Below are positions 1 to 10,083 of a stretch of 64,000 nt of DNA, piece by piece. The position numbers and the translations under genes are program-made. A model generated the notes under the pieces. That model did not search any database and was not told the DNA's origin. It saw nothing but the letters and a program-made list of their open reading frames with translations. Each line of letters begins with the position of its first letter. Position 1 is the first letter of the stretch. The stretch comes from Paludibacteraceae bacterium (lineage in GTDB: Bacteria; Bacteroidota; Bacteroidia; Bacteroidales; Paludibacteraceae): NCBI GenBank assembly GCA_045532735.1, contig JAZSGL010000091.1:29275-93274 (forward strand), in the 5' to 3' direction.

Positions 1-1
1 A

Positions 2-484
2 AAAGGCACTTTCGAATTGCTAGGAAAGAAGTATAAGATTAATCCTCGTTGTGTGTATGAGGTGGATGATGAGGGCTTAGAGGTTCAAGGCGAGGATCTG
101 GTGCGTGTGGCACGAATGCTGCTGAATGTGTCCTACCTATGGGGTGGAAAGAATATGATGGGCTACGACTGCTCTGGCTTCACGCAGACCGTTTACAGTG
201 TGTTTGGCATCAACCTGCTTCGCAATGCGCGCGAACAGGTCACCCAAGGCGAAGTAGTGCCTTCCTTGGCTGAATCACGCCCTGGCGACTTGGTGTTCTT
301 CAACCATGCAGATGTCAATCCTGAGGCTACGCGCATCACGCATGTGGGTATGCTGATCAGTCCTACGAAGGTCATCCATTGTGCTGGCTATGTACATATC
401 AACGAGATCGACGAGATGGGTATCCGCCTCGCCAATGGCAAACGCACGCACCATCTCGCGCAGATCAAGCGATATGTGAAGTGA
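2..484 (+). CDS. NlpC/P60 (C40) cell-wall peptidase, 5'-partial (ORF open to window edge)
   Basis: The frame is open from base 2, and the track start at 17 is a TTG. Signature YLWGGKNMMGYDCSGF (catalytic Cys) and downstream ITHVGM (His). Confidence 0.8.
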   Translation, partial: KGTFELLGKKYKINPRCVYEVDDEGLEVQGEDLVRVARMLLNVSYLWGGKNMMGYDCSGFTQTVYSVFGINLLRNAREQVTQGEVVPSLAESRPGDLVFFNHADVNPEATRITHVGMLISPTKVIHCAGYVHINEIDEMGIRLANGKRTHHLAQIKRYVK

Positions 485-524
485 TGAATCATGAGGATGA
501 GTATCAAATTAATATACTAAGATC

Positions 525-704
525 ATGAAGAAGACATTACTACTATTAGCACTGGTGGCAATCTATACGAGTCTTTTTGTCAGCTGCGATACGATAAATA
601 TTGGCAATAGCGATTTTATTGGTGAATACGAAATGACTACCGAAGTCGTTACCGTTTATGGTGATGCAGAATTTGACGACAATCCTACAGTTACAAGAGA
701 TTAG
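525..704 (+). CDS. Possible 59-aa lipoprotein, just below the ORF-track cutoff
   Basis: ATG at 525 translates to MKKTLLLLALVAIYTSLFVSCDT..., a signal peptide plus lipobox Cys, with stop TAG at 702-704. It may be a gene remnant. Confidence 0.3.
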   Translation: MKKTLLLLALVAIYTSLFVSCDTINIGNSDFIGEYEMTTEVVTVYGDAEFDDNPTVTRD

Positions 705-708
705 TGAT

Positions 709-2265
709 ATGAAACAAATCTTTACACTTCTCCTTGCGCTTGCGGCAACCTCTGTCCTGTGGGCAGAAGGTGATAAGTTCGTAGTCGATGGTCTAGAGTA
801 TGAGATGTGGGAATACGATTCTTACACGATAGAGACGATTTCTCCAGTTCCCTATGCTTGGGAAGAATACACATTGCCTAATATGGTATTTGTGACCGGA
901 TCTAGGCGCGATATCTCGGTAGCAAATATTCCTGCTACAGTAATATATAATGGTGTAACGCATAATGTGATAGGCATCCGTCGCTATGCGTTTAGTGGGT
1001 GCTATAATCTCAGAGCGGTGACTATTCCAGAATCTGTGGTATCCATTTCCCCATCCGCTTTTAACAATTCTCTACTATATGAAGACGAACGGAATTGGCA
1101 TGATGATGTGTTGTATCTGGATAATTGTATCATCGATTGTAGAGATTCGCGTAAAATTGACCATGTAGCAAGAGGAAAAATACGACTGATTGCTTATGAC
1201 GCATTTACAGATTGTAAGGATTTCCGGCTCCTAGTTGTGAAGAATACCGACTTTCTTGCTAGTACAGATTGTTTTCCAGAGGAGGTAAATGAAGATATAT
1301 GCGAATTATCACCAGCCTATTACTCCCCCATAACTAGTATATTGCCAGCAGATACCGTCATCGATGGATTAATAATACAGGGAACTACACTAGTAGCAAC
1401 AACCAACAAGGCAACAATTACCTCGATTACAGTACCAGACTATATTGATACCATAGGCTACGGCGCCTTAGACTACTGCCGAGCGTTGGAATCAATAACT
1501 ATCCCCAGCAGCGTAAAATTTGTTGCCTACAATGCATTTGAAGGTTGTGATAACTTAAGATCTATCACAGTGGAAGATGGCAATAGCGTATATGATAGTC
1601 GCGATAATTGCAATGCAATCAATGAAACGAAGACCAACACCATGATGTTTGCTTGCAAAGTCACTACCATTCCCACTAGCATCACGAGTATAGGGGATTA
1701 CGCCTTTGCCAAGAAAGAATTACGAGAATATCTCATCCTTCCGGACCACATCACGAGCATAGGAAATGCTGCATTCGAAGGGTGTGAAAATTTGAGATTT
1801 GTGCAAATAGGTAGTGCTGTGGAATTTATAGGATATGATGCATTTAAAGATTGTATATCCCTTGAAGCAGTAGTGATCCCAGACAATGTGATGCAAATAG
1901 GAGAGAATGCATTTCTGAATACGGCTATCTTCAACAATGATTACAATTGGCAGAATGATGTGTTGTATATAGGTAATTGTGCGGTGGATTCTAAATGGAG
2001 GATTATGGGTAGTTGCTACATTAAACCAGGCACTAGATTGATTGCTGATTGGTTATTTCATTTTAGTAATATTACCACAATTTTACTTCCGTATAACATA
2101 ACGAACATTGGATATGCTGCTTTTCAGGAATGCGAACATCTGGAATCGATTTTTTATACAGGCACAATGGCCCAATGGGAAGAGATTAGTCTAGGCAAAG
2201 ATTGGAATAAGAATTGCCCCGCCCAAGTAGTGCACTGCTCCGATGGCAAAGTGAAAATACAATAG
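709..2265 (+). CDS. BspA-type leucine-rich-repeat surface protein
   Basis: An internal ATG at 709 gives the signal peptide MKQIFTLLLALAATSVLWA. There are repeated IP.SV..IG..AF..C..L units. The track start at 658 lies upstream of the signal peptide. Confidence 0.8.
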   Translation: MKQIFTLLLALAATSVLWAEGDKFVVDGLEYEMWEYDSYTIETISPVPYAWEEYTLPNMVFVTGSRRDISVANIPATVIYNGVTHNVIGIRRYAFSGCYNLRAVTIPESVVSISPSAFNNSLLYEDERNWHDDVLYLDNCIIDCRDSRKIDHVARGKIRLIAYDAFTDCKDFRLLVVKNTDFLASTDCFPEEVNEDICELSPAYYSPITSILPADTVIDGLIIQGTTLVATTNKATITSITVPDYIDTIGYGALDYCRALESITIPSSVKFVAYNAFEGCDNLRSITVEDGNSVYDSRDNCNAINETKTNTMMFACKVTTIPTSITSIGDYAFAKKELREYLILPDHITSIGNAAFEGCENLRFVQIGSAVEFIGYDAFKDCISLEAVVIPDNVMQIGENAFLNTAIFNNDYNWQNDVLYIGNCAVDSKWRIMGSCYIKPGTRLIADWLFHFSNITTILLPYNITNIGYAAFQECEHLESIFYTGTMAQWEEISLGKDWNKNCPAQVVHCSDGKVKIQ

Positions 2266-2386
2266 GGTGCTCCTGCCCCTCCCCTTACACTGAGCGGAAA
2301 GAGGTGTCTGGATCGGATTTTGCTGAGGATAGTATGTTTTACAGCATGTTTCGACTAAGAGTGTTGGTTTTTCAGAAAATAAATAG

Positions 2387-2394
2387 TAACTTTG
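2387..2394 (+). promoter_or_regulatory. Bacteroidetes -7 box (TAacTTTG) for PUL1
   Basis: Exact TAnnTTTG match about 130 nt upstream of the SusC start. Confidence 0.5.
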
Positions 2395-2521
2395 CGGGCG
2401 AAATGAATAAATGAACCCATCTAAAGATGGCGTCAAATAAGCGTCCTTTTGTTTGCTACTGCCTAGAGGCACAGACAAGGGGACGACCTAAAGAAGCTAA
2501 CAAACCAAAAAACACAATGTT

Positions 2522-5500
2522 ATGATGAAAAAACACACACAGAAGGGCCTTCGTGGTCTGCTCGTGACATTCACCGTCTGTGTAATGTCATTGGTTAGCG
2601 TCACAGCCATGGCAGCACCTGTATCGATTACAGGTAAAGTGGTGGATGCTAACGGAGAACCCCTAATTGGAGCAAGCGTGGTAGAATCAGGAACATCAAA
2701 TGGTAGTGTGACCGATTTTGATGGTATCTTTGTACTGTCCGTAGAAAAGGACGCTTTGTTGCTCGTTTCTTATGTAGGTTATCAATCGCAAGAAGTTCGC
2801 GCAGCTGCGGACATGGTGATCACGCTTCGCGAGGACCAAGAGCTACTAGAAGAAGTGGTGGTGATTGGTTATGGTACGCAGAAGCGCCGTGATGTGACTA
2901 CCTCTATCTCGTCGGTGGACACCGAGGACTTGGAGAAGCGTCCTATCACCTCCGCGGCTCAAGCTATGCAGGGTAAGGCTGCGGGTGTGACCGTAGTGAA
3001 GCCTAGTGGTCAGCCTGGTGCAGGCATGGTAGTTCGCGTGCGCGGTACAACCTCAATGAACGGTAGCAACGACCCACTCTATGTAGTGGATGGAGTGCCT
3101 ATGACCGATATTGACTTCCTTGCGCCTAACGACATCGAGACAATGCAAATCCTCAAGGACGCGTCTTCAGCGGCTATCTACGGTTCGCGTGCTGCCAATG
3201 GTGTGATCATGATCACCACCAAGGCCGGTGCTGCTAGCAAGGAGAAGATCAATGTGACCTTCTCGATGTACGGCGGTTGGACCCAAGTGGCAAAACGCAT
3301 GGAGAGTCTGAACTATGAGCAATACCGCGAGTACCTGAATGATTTGGGCTCGAATGTAGTGCTGCCAGACGGCTTGAAGGACGAGACCAATTGGTTTGAC
3401 GAGACCTATAAGACGGGTTCTACACAGAACTACCAACTCTCCGTCAGCGGCGGTACGGATCGCGTCAACTACTATATGTCGGGTGGTTATACCAATGAGC
3501 AAGGTATCGTGCCTACTACCAAGTACCAACGCTATAACTTCCGCACCTCATTGGATGTAGATGTTACCAAGTGGCTCAATATCGGCACCAATGTGGCATA
3601 TGGCTACAGCGAGAACCAAGGTACTATCTCTTCGGGTACGGGTGCTAACCGTGGTGGTCTGGTATTGTCTGTGATCAATACCCCAACCTATGCGCCTATC
3701 TATGACCCAGAGAATCCTGATTACTACTACACCAACTTCTATGGTGTGAGCAATATCACCCACCCATTGGAGAATATCGAGCGTTACAAGAACCAATATA
3801 GCAAGCAACACCGTTTGCTCGCTACTGGTAAGGGTATTGTTACGCTATACGATACCAAGAAATTTGACCGTGGTGACAACTTCAACCATTCGTTGAAATT
3901 CACTACCACCTTCACCGAGGACCTGAGAATGAACAACTCTACCTCTTTCCTCGACCCACACAAGACCTCATGGGGCCGCAACCAATATGGTGAGGGTAGC
4001 GATACACGCAGCACCGACCTCGTGACCGTATGGGATAATGTGCTGAACTATACTACTAGCATGAATGGTCATAACCTCGATCTGATGTTGGGTAGTTCTT
4101 ATACCCACTCTATGTGGACACAATCCTATATCGCAGGTAGCCACTATGCAGATGGTACGATTCAGACACTGAATGCAGCCAATAAGATTGACCCAGGAAC
4201 TACTGGCACCAGCGCCAGCGAGTGGGCAATCATGTCTGGTTTCGCACGCATCAGCTATAACTATGATTCTCGTTATCTGATTTCTGCTAACTTCCGTGCC
4301 GATGGTTCTTCTCGTTTGGCTCCTGGTCACCGCTGGGCATACTTCCCATCCGTCAGTGCAGCTTGGCGTATCTCTGGCGAGCCATGGATGCAAGATGTCG
4401 AGTGGATCGACGACCTCAAGATCCGTGGTGGTTGGGGACAAACCGGCAACCAAGGCGGTATCGGCGACTACGCATATCTCGAGCGCTATAGCATCAACCG
4501 TCAAAACTGGTGGGAGACTGGCAAGGAGCACGCTGTGCCTACCTATAGCCAATCATCACTCCGCAATACTGATCTCACATGGGAGCGCACCACACAAACC
4601 AATGTCGGTTTGGACTGGACCATGTTCAAGAACCGCTTGAGCGTGAACTTCGACTGGTACTATAAATATACCACCGATATGCTCATGTGGGTATCCTTGC
4701 CAGCCGGTTCGGCTGCGGTATCCTCTATCCAGCGTAACGAGGGCGAGATGAGCAATATGGGTGTGGAATTCACCATCACATCGCACAACTTCGTGAAGAA
4801 GAACTTCAAGTGGGATACCCAACTCAATATCTCGCACAACAAGAACCGCCTCGAGAAATTGGCTACTAGCCAAGTGTATTACGATGCTAAGGTCACCGAT
4901 ATCTTGGCCGACTACTGCGTGCGTAATACTCCTGGTATGCCTCTTGGTTCGTTCTATGGATACAAGACAGGTGGCGTAGATACAGAGACAGGTGAGCTCA
5001 TCTACCTCGATACCAATGATGATGGCGAGGTGACCGCTAACGACCGTACCTATATGGGTGATCCTAACCCAGACTTCACCTTCGGTATGACCAACACCTT
5101 CCAGTTCTATGGCGTGACGATAAGCTTCCTCTTGCAAGGCTCCTATGGCAACGATGTATTCAATGCTAGCCGTATCGAGACCGAGGGTATGTACGACGCT
5201 AAGAACCAATCCACCCGCGTACTCGATAGATGGCGTCGCCCAGGTATGGTGACCAGCATTCCTAAGGCAGGTTTCGATATGAAGGTCAGCGACTACTTCG
5301 TTGAGGATGGTAGCTATATCCGCCTCAAAGACCTCACCATCGGTTACGAGTTCTCAGGTAACTGGATGAAGAAGATTGGTATGACTCGTCTCCAACCTTA
5401 TTTCTCGGCTCAAAACCTCTTTACTTTGACCAAGTACCTAGGTATGGACCCAGAGGTGAACCAATATGGTAACTCAGGTACAGTGCAAGGTTTGGATTAT

Positions 5501-5554
5501 GGTACCTATCCACAGACCCGTAGTTTCGTCTTGGGTGTAAACATCGCATTTTAA
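2522..5554 (+). CDS. susC: SusC/RagA-family TonB-dependent outer-membrane transporter
   Basis: Signal peptide, then a CarboxypepD_reg-like N-terminus (ITGKVVDANGEPLIGASVVE), the plug motif VVVIGYGTQKRRDVTTSISSV, a 1010-aa barrel and a terminal F. No STN domain. Confidence 0.95.
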   Translation: MMKKHTQKGLRGLLVTFTVCVMSLVSVTAMAAPVSITGKVVDANGEPLIGASVVESGTSNGSVTDFDGIFVLSVEKDALLLVSYVGYQSQEVRAAADMVITLREDQELLEEVVVIGYGTQKRRDVTTSISSVDTEDLEKRPITSAAQAMQGKAAGVTVVKPSGQPGAGMVVRVRGTTSMNGSNDPLYVVDGVPMTDIDFLAPNDIETMQILKDASSAAIYGSRAANGVIMITTKAGAASKEKINVTFSMYGGWTQVAKRMESLNYEQYREYLNDLGSNVVLPDGLKDETNWFDETYKTGSTQNYQLSVSGGTDRVNYYMSGGYTNEQGIVPTTKYQRYNFRTSLDVDVTKWLNIGTNVAYGYSENQGTISSGTGANRGGLVLSVINTPTYAPIYDPENPDYYYTNFYGVSNITHPLENIERYKNQYSKQHRLLATGKGIVTLYDTKKFDRGDNFNHSLKFTTTFTEDLRMNNSTSFLDPHKTSWGRNQYGEGSDTRSTDLVTVWDNVLNYTTSMNGHNLDLMLGSSYTHSMWTQSYIAGSHYADGTIQTLNAANKIDPGTTGTSASEWAIMSGFARISYNYDSRYLISANFRADGSSRLAPGHRWAYFPSVSAAWRISGEPWMQDVEWIDDLKIRGGWGQTGNQGGIGDYAYLERYSINRQNWWETGKEHAVPTYSQSSLRNTDLTWERTTQTNVGLDWTMFKNRLSVNFDWYYKYTTDMLMWVSLPAGSAAVSSIQRNEGEMSNMGVEFTITSHNFVKKNFKWDTQLNISHNKNRLEKLATSQVYYDAKVTDILADYCVRNTPGMPLGSFYGYKTGGVDTETGELIYLDTNDDGEVTANDRTYMGDPNPDFTFGMTNTFQFYGVTISFLLQGSYGNDVFNASRIETEGMYDAKNQSTRVLDRWRRPGMVTSIPKAGFDMKVSDYFVEDGSYIRLKDLTIGYEFSGNWMKKIGMTRLQPYFSAQNLFTLTKYLGMDPEVNQYGNSGTVQGLDYGTYPQTRSFVLGVNIAF

Positions 5555-5582
5555 TGGTTGAACGAATATTAACAGAACGATT

Positions 5583-7085
5583 ATGAAAAAGTATATATAT
5601 ATAATAGGTGTAGCCTTGGGCGTTGCCCTTGTGTCTTGCGACTTGAATATGGCGCCGATTTCTGATCAATCGGAACTCAATTTGGGCGCATCTACCGAAG
5701 ATGATACAGTCCGTATCAAATTTAAAGATCGTGAAGCCATAATGGGCGTGTACGAGAACCTGTACAAGATTATGTATGATCGTCAAGAGCACTGGTATTT
5801 GGATTATCTGCTCTTCGGCGAAGCGCGTGCCGATAATGCATACGCTGGTACAACAGGCGCTGAGGTAGTTCCTGTAGAAACCAACGCATTGGATGCTTCT
5901 AACCCAGATATTGCCCGCGATTGGGATCGCTATTTGGAGGATATTGCGCAAGCTAATGTGGTCATCTCCAATATTGACCAAGTGCCAGATCCTACTTTCT
6001 CCCAAGCAGAGCGTGAGCAATGGAAAGCGGAGGCAAAGATCTTCCGTGGTATGATGCTATTCGACTTGGCTCACTGGTTTGGTAATATCCCATTGAACCT
6101 CTCAGAGGCTCCAGATATCACCGCTGACAACATCGAGGAGGTATATCCTATCTATTTCCCAATGCCTGTAACCCAAGACTCTGCTTACAAGCAAGTGATT
6201 AAGGATTTGACCGAAGCCATTCCTTATGCTCCTGCGCTCGATCCTAACGACAAACGCGTGCTGAGCAAGACTGTAGCATATGCATTGCTAGCCAAACTAT
6301 ATGCAGAGTTAGGCGAATGGGACAAGGTGATTGAGTATAGCGACATGGTGTTTGCGGACGGTATCGCTTTGGCTGACAACTATGCCGATCTCTGGAAATA
6401 CGATGAGACATCGAGGGAGACTATGCGCAACAATAAAGAGACTATCCTTGAGGCACAATATATAGCAGAAGGCAACTGGGTGACTTGGATGTTCGGTCGC
6501 AACTTGTCTAACTGGGAGGAGTCTTTCACATGGGCTAAGTGGATCACTCCTAGCCGCGACTTGATTCGCACTTTCGAGAAAGAGGGTGACACCGTGCGTT
6601 GCAACCAAACCATCGTATATTATGAGTGCGCATGGAGCAACTACTATCCAGCAGACAACTATCCATTTATGTACAAATGTCGTTCGGCATACAACAGCGT
6701 GATCAAACTGCGTGGTGCAGACATCTGGTTGCTCAAGGCTGAGGCATTGGCGCATAAGGGCGACTTGAGTGGTGCTGTATCATTGGTAAACACCATTCGT
6801 AAGCGTGCGAAATTGGCTGACCTGCCTGCATCTGCAATGGGTAGCCAAGAGGCTGTGCTGGATGCTATCTTGCACGAGCGCCGTCTGGAGTTGGCACTCG
6901 AGGGACATCGCCTCTTCGACCTCATCCGCTTTGGCAAACTGCTTGAAGTGATGAACGGTATTAACCTGCGCGACGAGGGTCGTCTGCCACAGGCTCGTCC
7001 ATTCGTGGAGGCACACAAACTCATGCCTATCCCACAAACCGCATTGGACAAGAACTCTAACCTCGTTCAAAATGATGGCTATTAA
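5583..7085 (+). CDS. susD: SusD/RagB-family glycan-binding lipoprotein
   Basis: Lipobox LVSCD, immediately downstream of SusC, 500 aa. The TPR-like SusD C-terminus (ERRLELALEGHRLFDLIR) is present. Confidence 0.9.
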   Translation: MKKYIYIIGVALGVALVSCDLNMAPISDQSELNLGASTEDDTVRIKFKDREAIMGVYENLYKIMYDRQEHWYLDYLLFGEARADNAYAGTTGAEVVPVETNALDASNPDIARDWDRYLEDIAQANVVISNIDQVPDPTFSQAEREQWKAEAKIFRGMMLFDLAHWFGNIPLNLSEAPDITADNIEEVYPIYFPMPVTQDSAYKQVIKDLTEAIPYAPALDPNDKRVLSKTVAYALLAKLYAELGEWDKVIEYSDMVFADGIALADNYADLWKYDETSRETMRNNKETILEAQYIAEGNWVTWMFGRNLSNWEESFTWAKWITPSRDLIRTFEKEGDTVRCNQTIVYYECAWSNYYPADNYPFMYKCRSAYNSVIKLRGADIWLLKAEALAHKGDLSGAVSLVNTIRKRAKLADLPASAMGSQEAVLDAILHERRLELALEGHRLFDLIRFGKLLEVMNGINLRDEGRLPQARPFVEAHKLMPIPQTALDKNSNLVQNDGY

Positions 7086-7112
7086 TATTAATCTGCAAAT
7101 AATCAATATATT

Positions 7113-8552
7113 ATGAAACGTATATTTCAAGTCCTATTCCTTGCGTTGATCGCAATAGGCTATACCGCTTGTCAGCCCGACTCCTTCCGTGAGGTGTATC
7201 CTGCGGGTGACCCTCAGTTGCAGGCAACGATGCTGACTCAGGAGGTGAATTTTGGTAGTGATAGCGTCACTTTCGAAGTGACTATTTCCGAGAAAGAGAC
7301 TCCACTTTCCACCCTGGCCATCAAGGTCATTGTGGGTATCAATGTCATTGCTAACGAAGAGGTTCGTACACCGGGTTTAGAGTATAAAAACACCTTCACC
7401 TATGCCGTACCATTTGGTCCTAACATGCCAGAGGGCGAGGCCGTGAAGGTATATCTCACCGCTACGAATGTGGAAGGAACCATCAAGAACGTGATTCTAG
7501 ACCAATGTGTGGGCCATCGTCCAGCTATTGAGACCATGTATGTGATGCCTCCTACCATCAACTACAAGCCACTAGGCAAAGGTAAACAAATGACATGGGA
7601 CGGCGAGAAGTTCGTGGCATATGACCTGGGATATCCTAAATCCATCGAATGTCTGTTGGCTGTCGTGGGTACCAAGTTCGGTCGCGTGGACTGGACAAAA
7701 CCTGTATTGGGTATGCTCAATGATAAGCTATCGTTGATCACCGAGGAGCAATTCAACGCCAATGAGGCTAGCTCTATCGTATTGGCGAATGACAATCTTG
7801 AGAGCATCGATACCATCACCTTCGATCCATTGACCTTCGAGTTATACTTCAGTGGTAAGGTGGCTCAACCAGTTTCTGCATTGGATGTGAATGCGGATTT
7901 GGCAGAGGTGGCAGGCAAGACCTATCGCCACTCCAAGATCTTCTTCGACCCTGCAATAGAAGTAACCATCAATGGTGTGGCTGATATAGCTACAGCTTAC
8001 AATTTAGACTATATGGAACTCAAGGAAGGCAATGTGGTGAAGTTCTTGGGCGAGAAAGGTATGTACGATGTATATTACATGACCGATCAAGACTATATCG
8101 TAGTAGAGCCATTGAGTGATGCTATTTATCCTAATGTAATGTGGATGACGGGTGTAGGCTTCGGTCAGCCAACTATAGCTCCTAAAATCAATACCAGTTG
8201 GGGCTTTGATAACCTTGGTCAATACATTGCATGCCGTACTGTGGCACCTAAGGTATATCAATTCACTGCATACCTCAAGAATGGTGTGAACGCCGACTTC
8301 GAGACCTACGGTTCGCTCAACTTCAAGTTCTTCCACCAGAAAGGTTGGGGTGGCGAAGAAAAAGGTGGCGACTATGAGCAAATTGGTTTGAATATCAAGG
8401 GTGTAGGTTCTGAGGGCTTGACCAAGGTGAATGGTGATACGGGTGCGGAAGCTGGTAACTGGATTGCTAATACCCAAGAGGAGTTTGAGGGTATCTACCG
8501 CATCACCCTTGACCAAAACAAGTATACCACTACTTACGAGAAAATTCGATAA
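7113..8552 (+). CDS. PUL-encoded surface lipoprotein (SusE/F-position, putative SGBP)
   Basis: Lipobox GYTACQ. It sits directly after SusD. No enzyme motif was recognised. Confidence 0.6.
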   Translation: MKRIFQVLFLALIAIGYTACQPDSFREVYPAGDPQLQATMLTQEVNFGSDSVTFEVTISEKETPLSTLAIKVIVGINVIANEEVRTPGLEYKNTFTYAVPFGPNMPEGEAVKVYLTATNVEGTIKNVILDQCVGHRPAIETMYVMPPTINYKPLGKGKQMTWDGEKFVAYDLGYPKSIECLLAVVGTKFGRVDWTKPVLGMLNDKLSLITEEQFNANEASSIVLANDNLESIDTITFDPLTFELYFSGKVAQPVSALDVNADLAEVAGKTYRHSKIFFDPAIEVTINGVADIATAYNLDYMELKEGNVVKFLGEKGMYDVYYMTDQDYIVVEPLSDAIYPNVMWMTGVGFGQPTIAPKINTSWGFDNLGQYIACRTVAPKVYQFTAYLKNGVNADFETYGSLNFKFFHQKGWGGEEKGGDYEQIGLNIKGVGSEGLTKVNGDTGAEAGNWIANTQEEFEGIYRITLDQNKYTTTYEKIR

Positions 8553-8564
8553 AACACTACAATA

Positions 8565-10067
8565 ATGAAGCAAGTGAATAATCTGTTATTTATAGGTATT
8601 GCGGCCGCATTGCTCGGCTGCAATACCCCCGTTGACAATCCTAATGACGATCCTACCACTGACCCTACTCCCGTGCGTGATGTGATGACCTATGTCACCA
8701 CCGCAGACGGTACGATGGGCTTCGTAGCAGTAGGCAAGGATTATATCGAAGGCCTCAATATGTCGCCAGAGCGTACACTGAAACTCAATCCTAAAGTTCG
8801 CTACCAAGAGTTTGAAGGTTTTGGTGCGGCTATCACAGGTGCTGCGGCCTTCAACCTCATGCAGATGCCAGCTGAGCGTCGTCAGAAGTTGCTCATAGAG
8901 ACCTTCTCGCACGACAAGGGTATGGGCTACGGCTATGTGCGCGTGCCTATCGGCGGTAGCGACTTCAACTCGCGCAGCAACTACGACTATACCTGCTGCG
9001 ATACCAAAGGTATCGAGAACTTTGCACTGACATCCGACGAAGTGGATTATATCATCCCTGTGCTGAAGGAAATCTTGGCCATCAACCCTGATCTGAAAGT
9101 AATGGGTACACCTTGGAGTTGCCCAATTTGGATGAAGGTGGACGATATCCATAGCAAAGCACCTTATACGGGTGCTAACAAATGGGTAGGTGGTTATCTC
9201 AATCCTGACTACTATCAAGATTATGCGATGTACTTCGTGAAGTGGATCAAGGCCTTTGAGGCAGAGGGTATCCGCATCACTAGCGTGACGCCACAAAACG
9301 AGCCACTCAACTGGGGTAACTCCATGTCCCTCTACATGCCTTGGGATCAGGAGCGCGACTTCATCAAGTTGGCTCTCGGCCCTGTGTTCAAACGCGAGGG
9401 TATCCAAGCTAAGATCATCTGCTTTGACCACAACTACAACTACGATGGCAAAAAGGACCAACTGCAATACCCTATCAAGATCTATGCGGATGCCGAGGCT
9501 AGCCAATATATCGATGGTGCGGCTTATCACAGCTATGGTGGTAGCCCAGTAGAATTGGATAATATCCACAAGCAGGCTCCCGACAAGAACCTCTACTTCA
9601 CCGAGCAATCCATCGGTACATGGAACTACCAGAGCTTTGGTCAATCGCTCATGTCTGAGATGAAGAACACCTGTATCGGTACCGTCACACGCTGGTGCAA
9701 GGCGGTCATCGTATGGAACTTCATGCTCGACGAGAAGGGCGGCCCTCACGGTGGTCCTGGAGCATGCGCTACTTGCTACGGTTCGGTGGACATCTCTTCC
9801 AAGGACTATACCACCCTCACCAAGCGTAGCCACTACTACGTGATTGGTCACCTGAGCAAGGCGCTCAAGCCGGGTTCTACCCGCATTGGTGTATCGGGCT
9901 ATATGCCTACTGGTCTGTCGGCCGTAGCATCGGAGAACCCTGATGGTACCTATGGTTTGGTACTCCTGAACGAGAATGCGCAAGGTATGTCCTTTATCAT
10001 CGAGCATGGTGGCAAGCACTTCGAGATCCAATTGCCTGCCGAGAGTGTCACCTCTTGTGTGTTGTAG
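8565..10067 (+). CDS. Glycoside hydrolase family 30 (beta-1,6-glucanase / glucosylceramidase-like)
   Basis: Lipobox LLGCN. EFEGFGAAITGAAA, acid/base motif TPQNEP and nucleophile motif YFTEQS are typical of GH30. Confidence 0.85.
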   Translation: MKQVNNLLFIGIAAALLGCNTPVDNPNDDPTTDPTPVRDVMTYVTTADGTMGFVAVGKDYIEGLNMSPERTLKLNPKVRYQEFEGFGAAITGAAAFNLMQMPAERRQKLLIETFSHDKGMGYGYVRVPIGGSDFNSRSNYDYTCCDTKGIENFALTSDEVDYIIPVLKEILAINPDLKVMGTPWSCPIWMKVDDIHSKAPYTGANKWVGGYLNPDYYQDYAMYFVKWIKAFEAEGIRITSVTPQNEPLNWGNSMSLYMPWDQERDFIKLALGPVFKREGIQAKIICFDHNYNYDGKKDQLQYPIKIYADAEASQYIDGAAYHSYGGSPVELDNIHKQAPDKNLYFTEQSIGTWNYQSFGQSLMSEMKNTCIGTVTRWCKAVIVWNFMLDEKGGPHGGPGACATCYGSVDISSKDYTTLTKRSHYYVIGHLSKALKPGSTRIGVSGYMPTGLSAVASENPDGTYGLVLLNENAQGMSFIIEHGGKHFEIQLPAESVTSCVL

Positions 10068-10083
10068 GATGTTGTAGAATGGT

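Noticed and set aside
658-708. Upstream start at 658 for the LRR protein
   Set aside because: The extension precedes a canonical signal peptide that begins at the ATG at 709, and it overlaps the small ORF at 525-704.
2191-2478. 95-aa and 66-aa ORFs between the LRR gene and SusC
   Set aside because: They overlap the 3' end of the LRR gene and the PUL1 promoter and leader, with no coding features.
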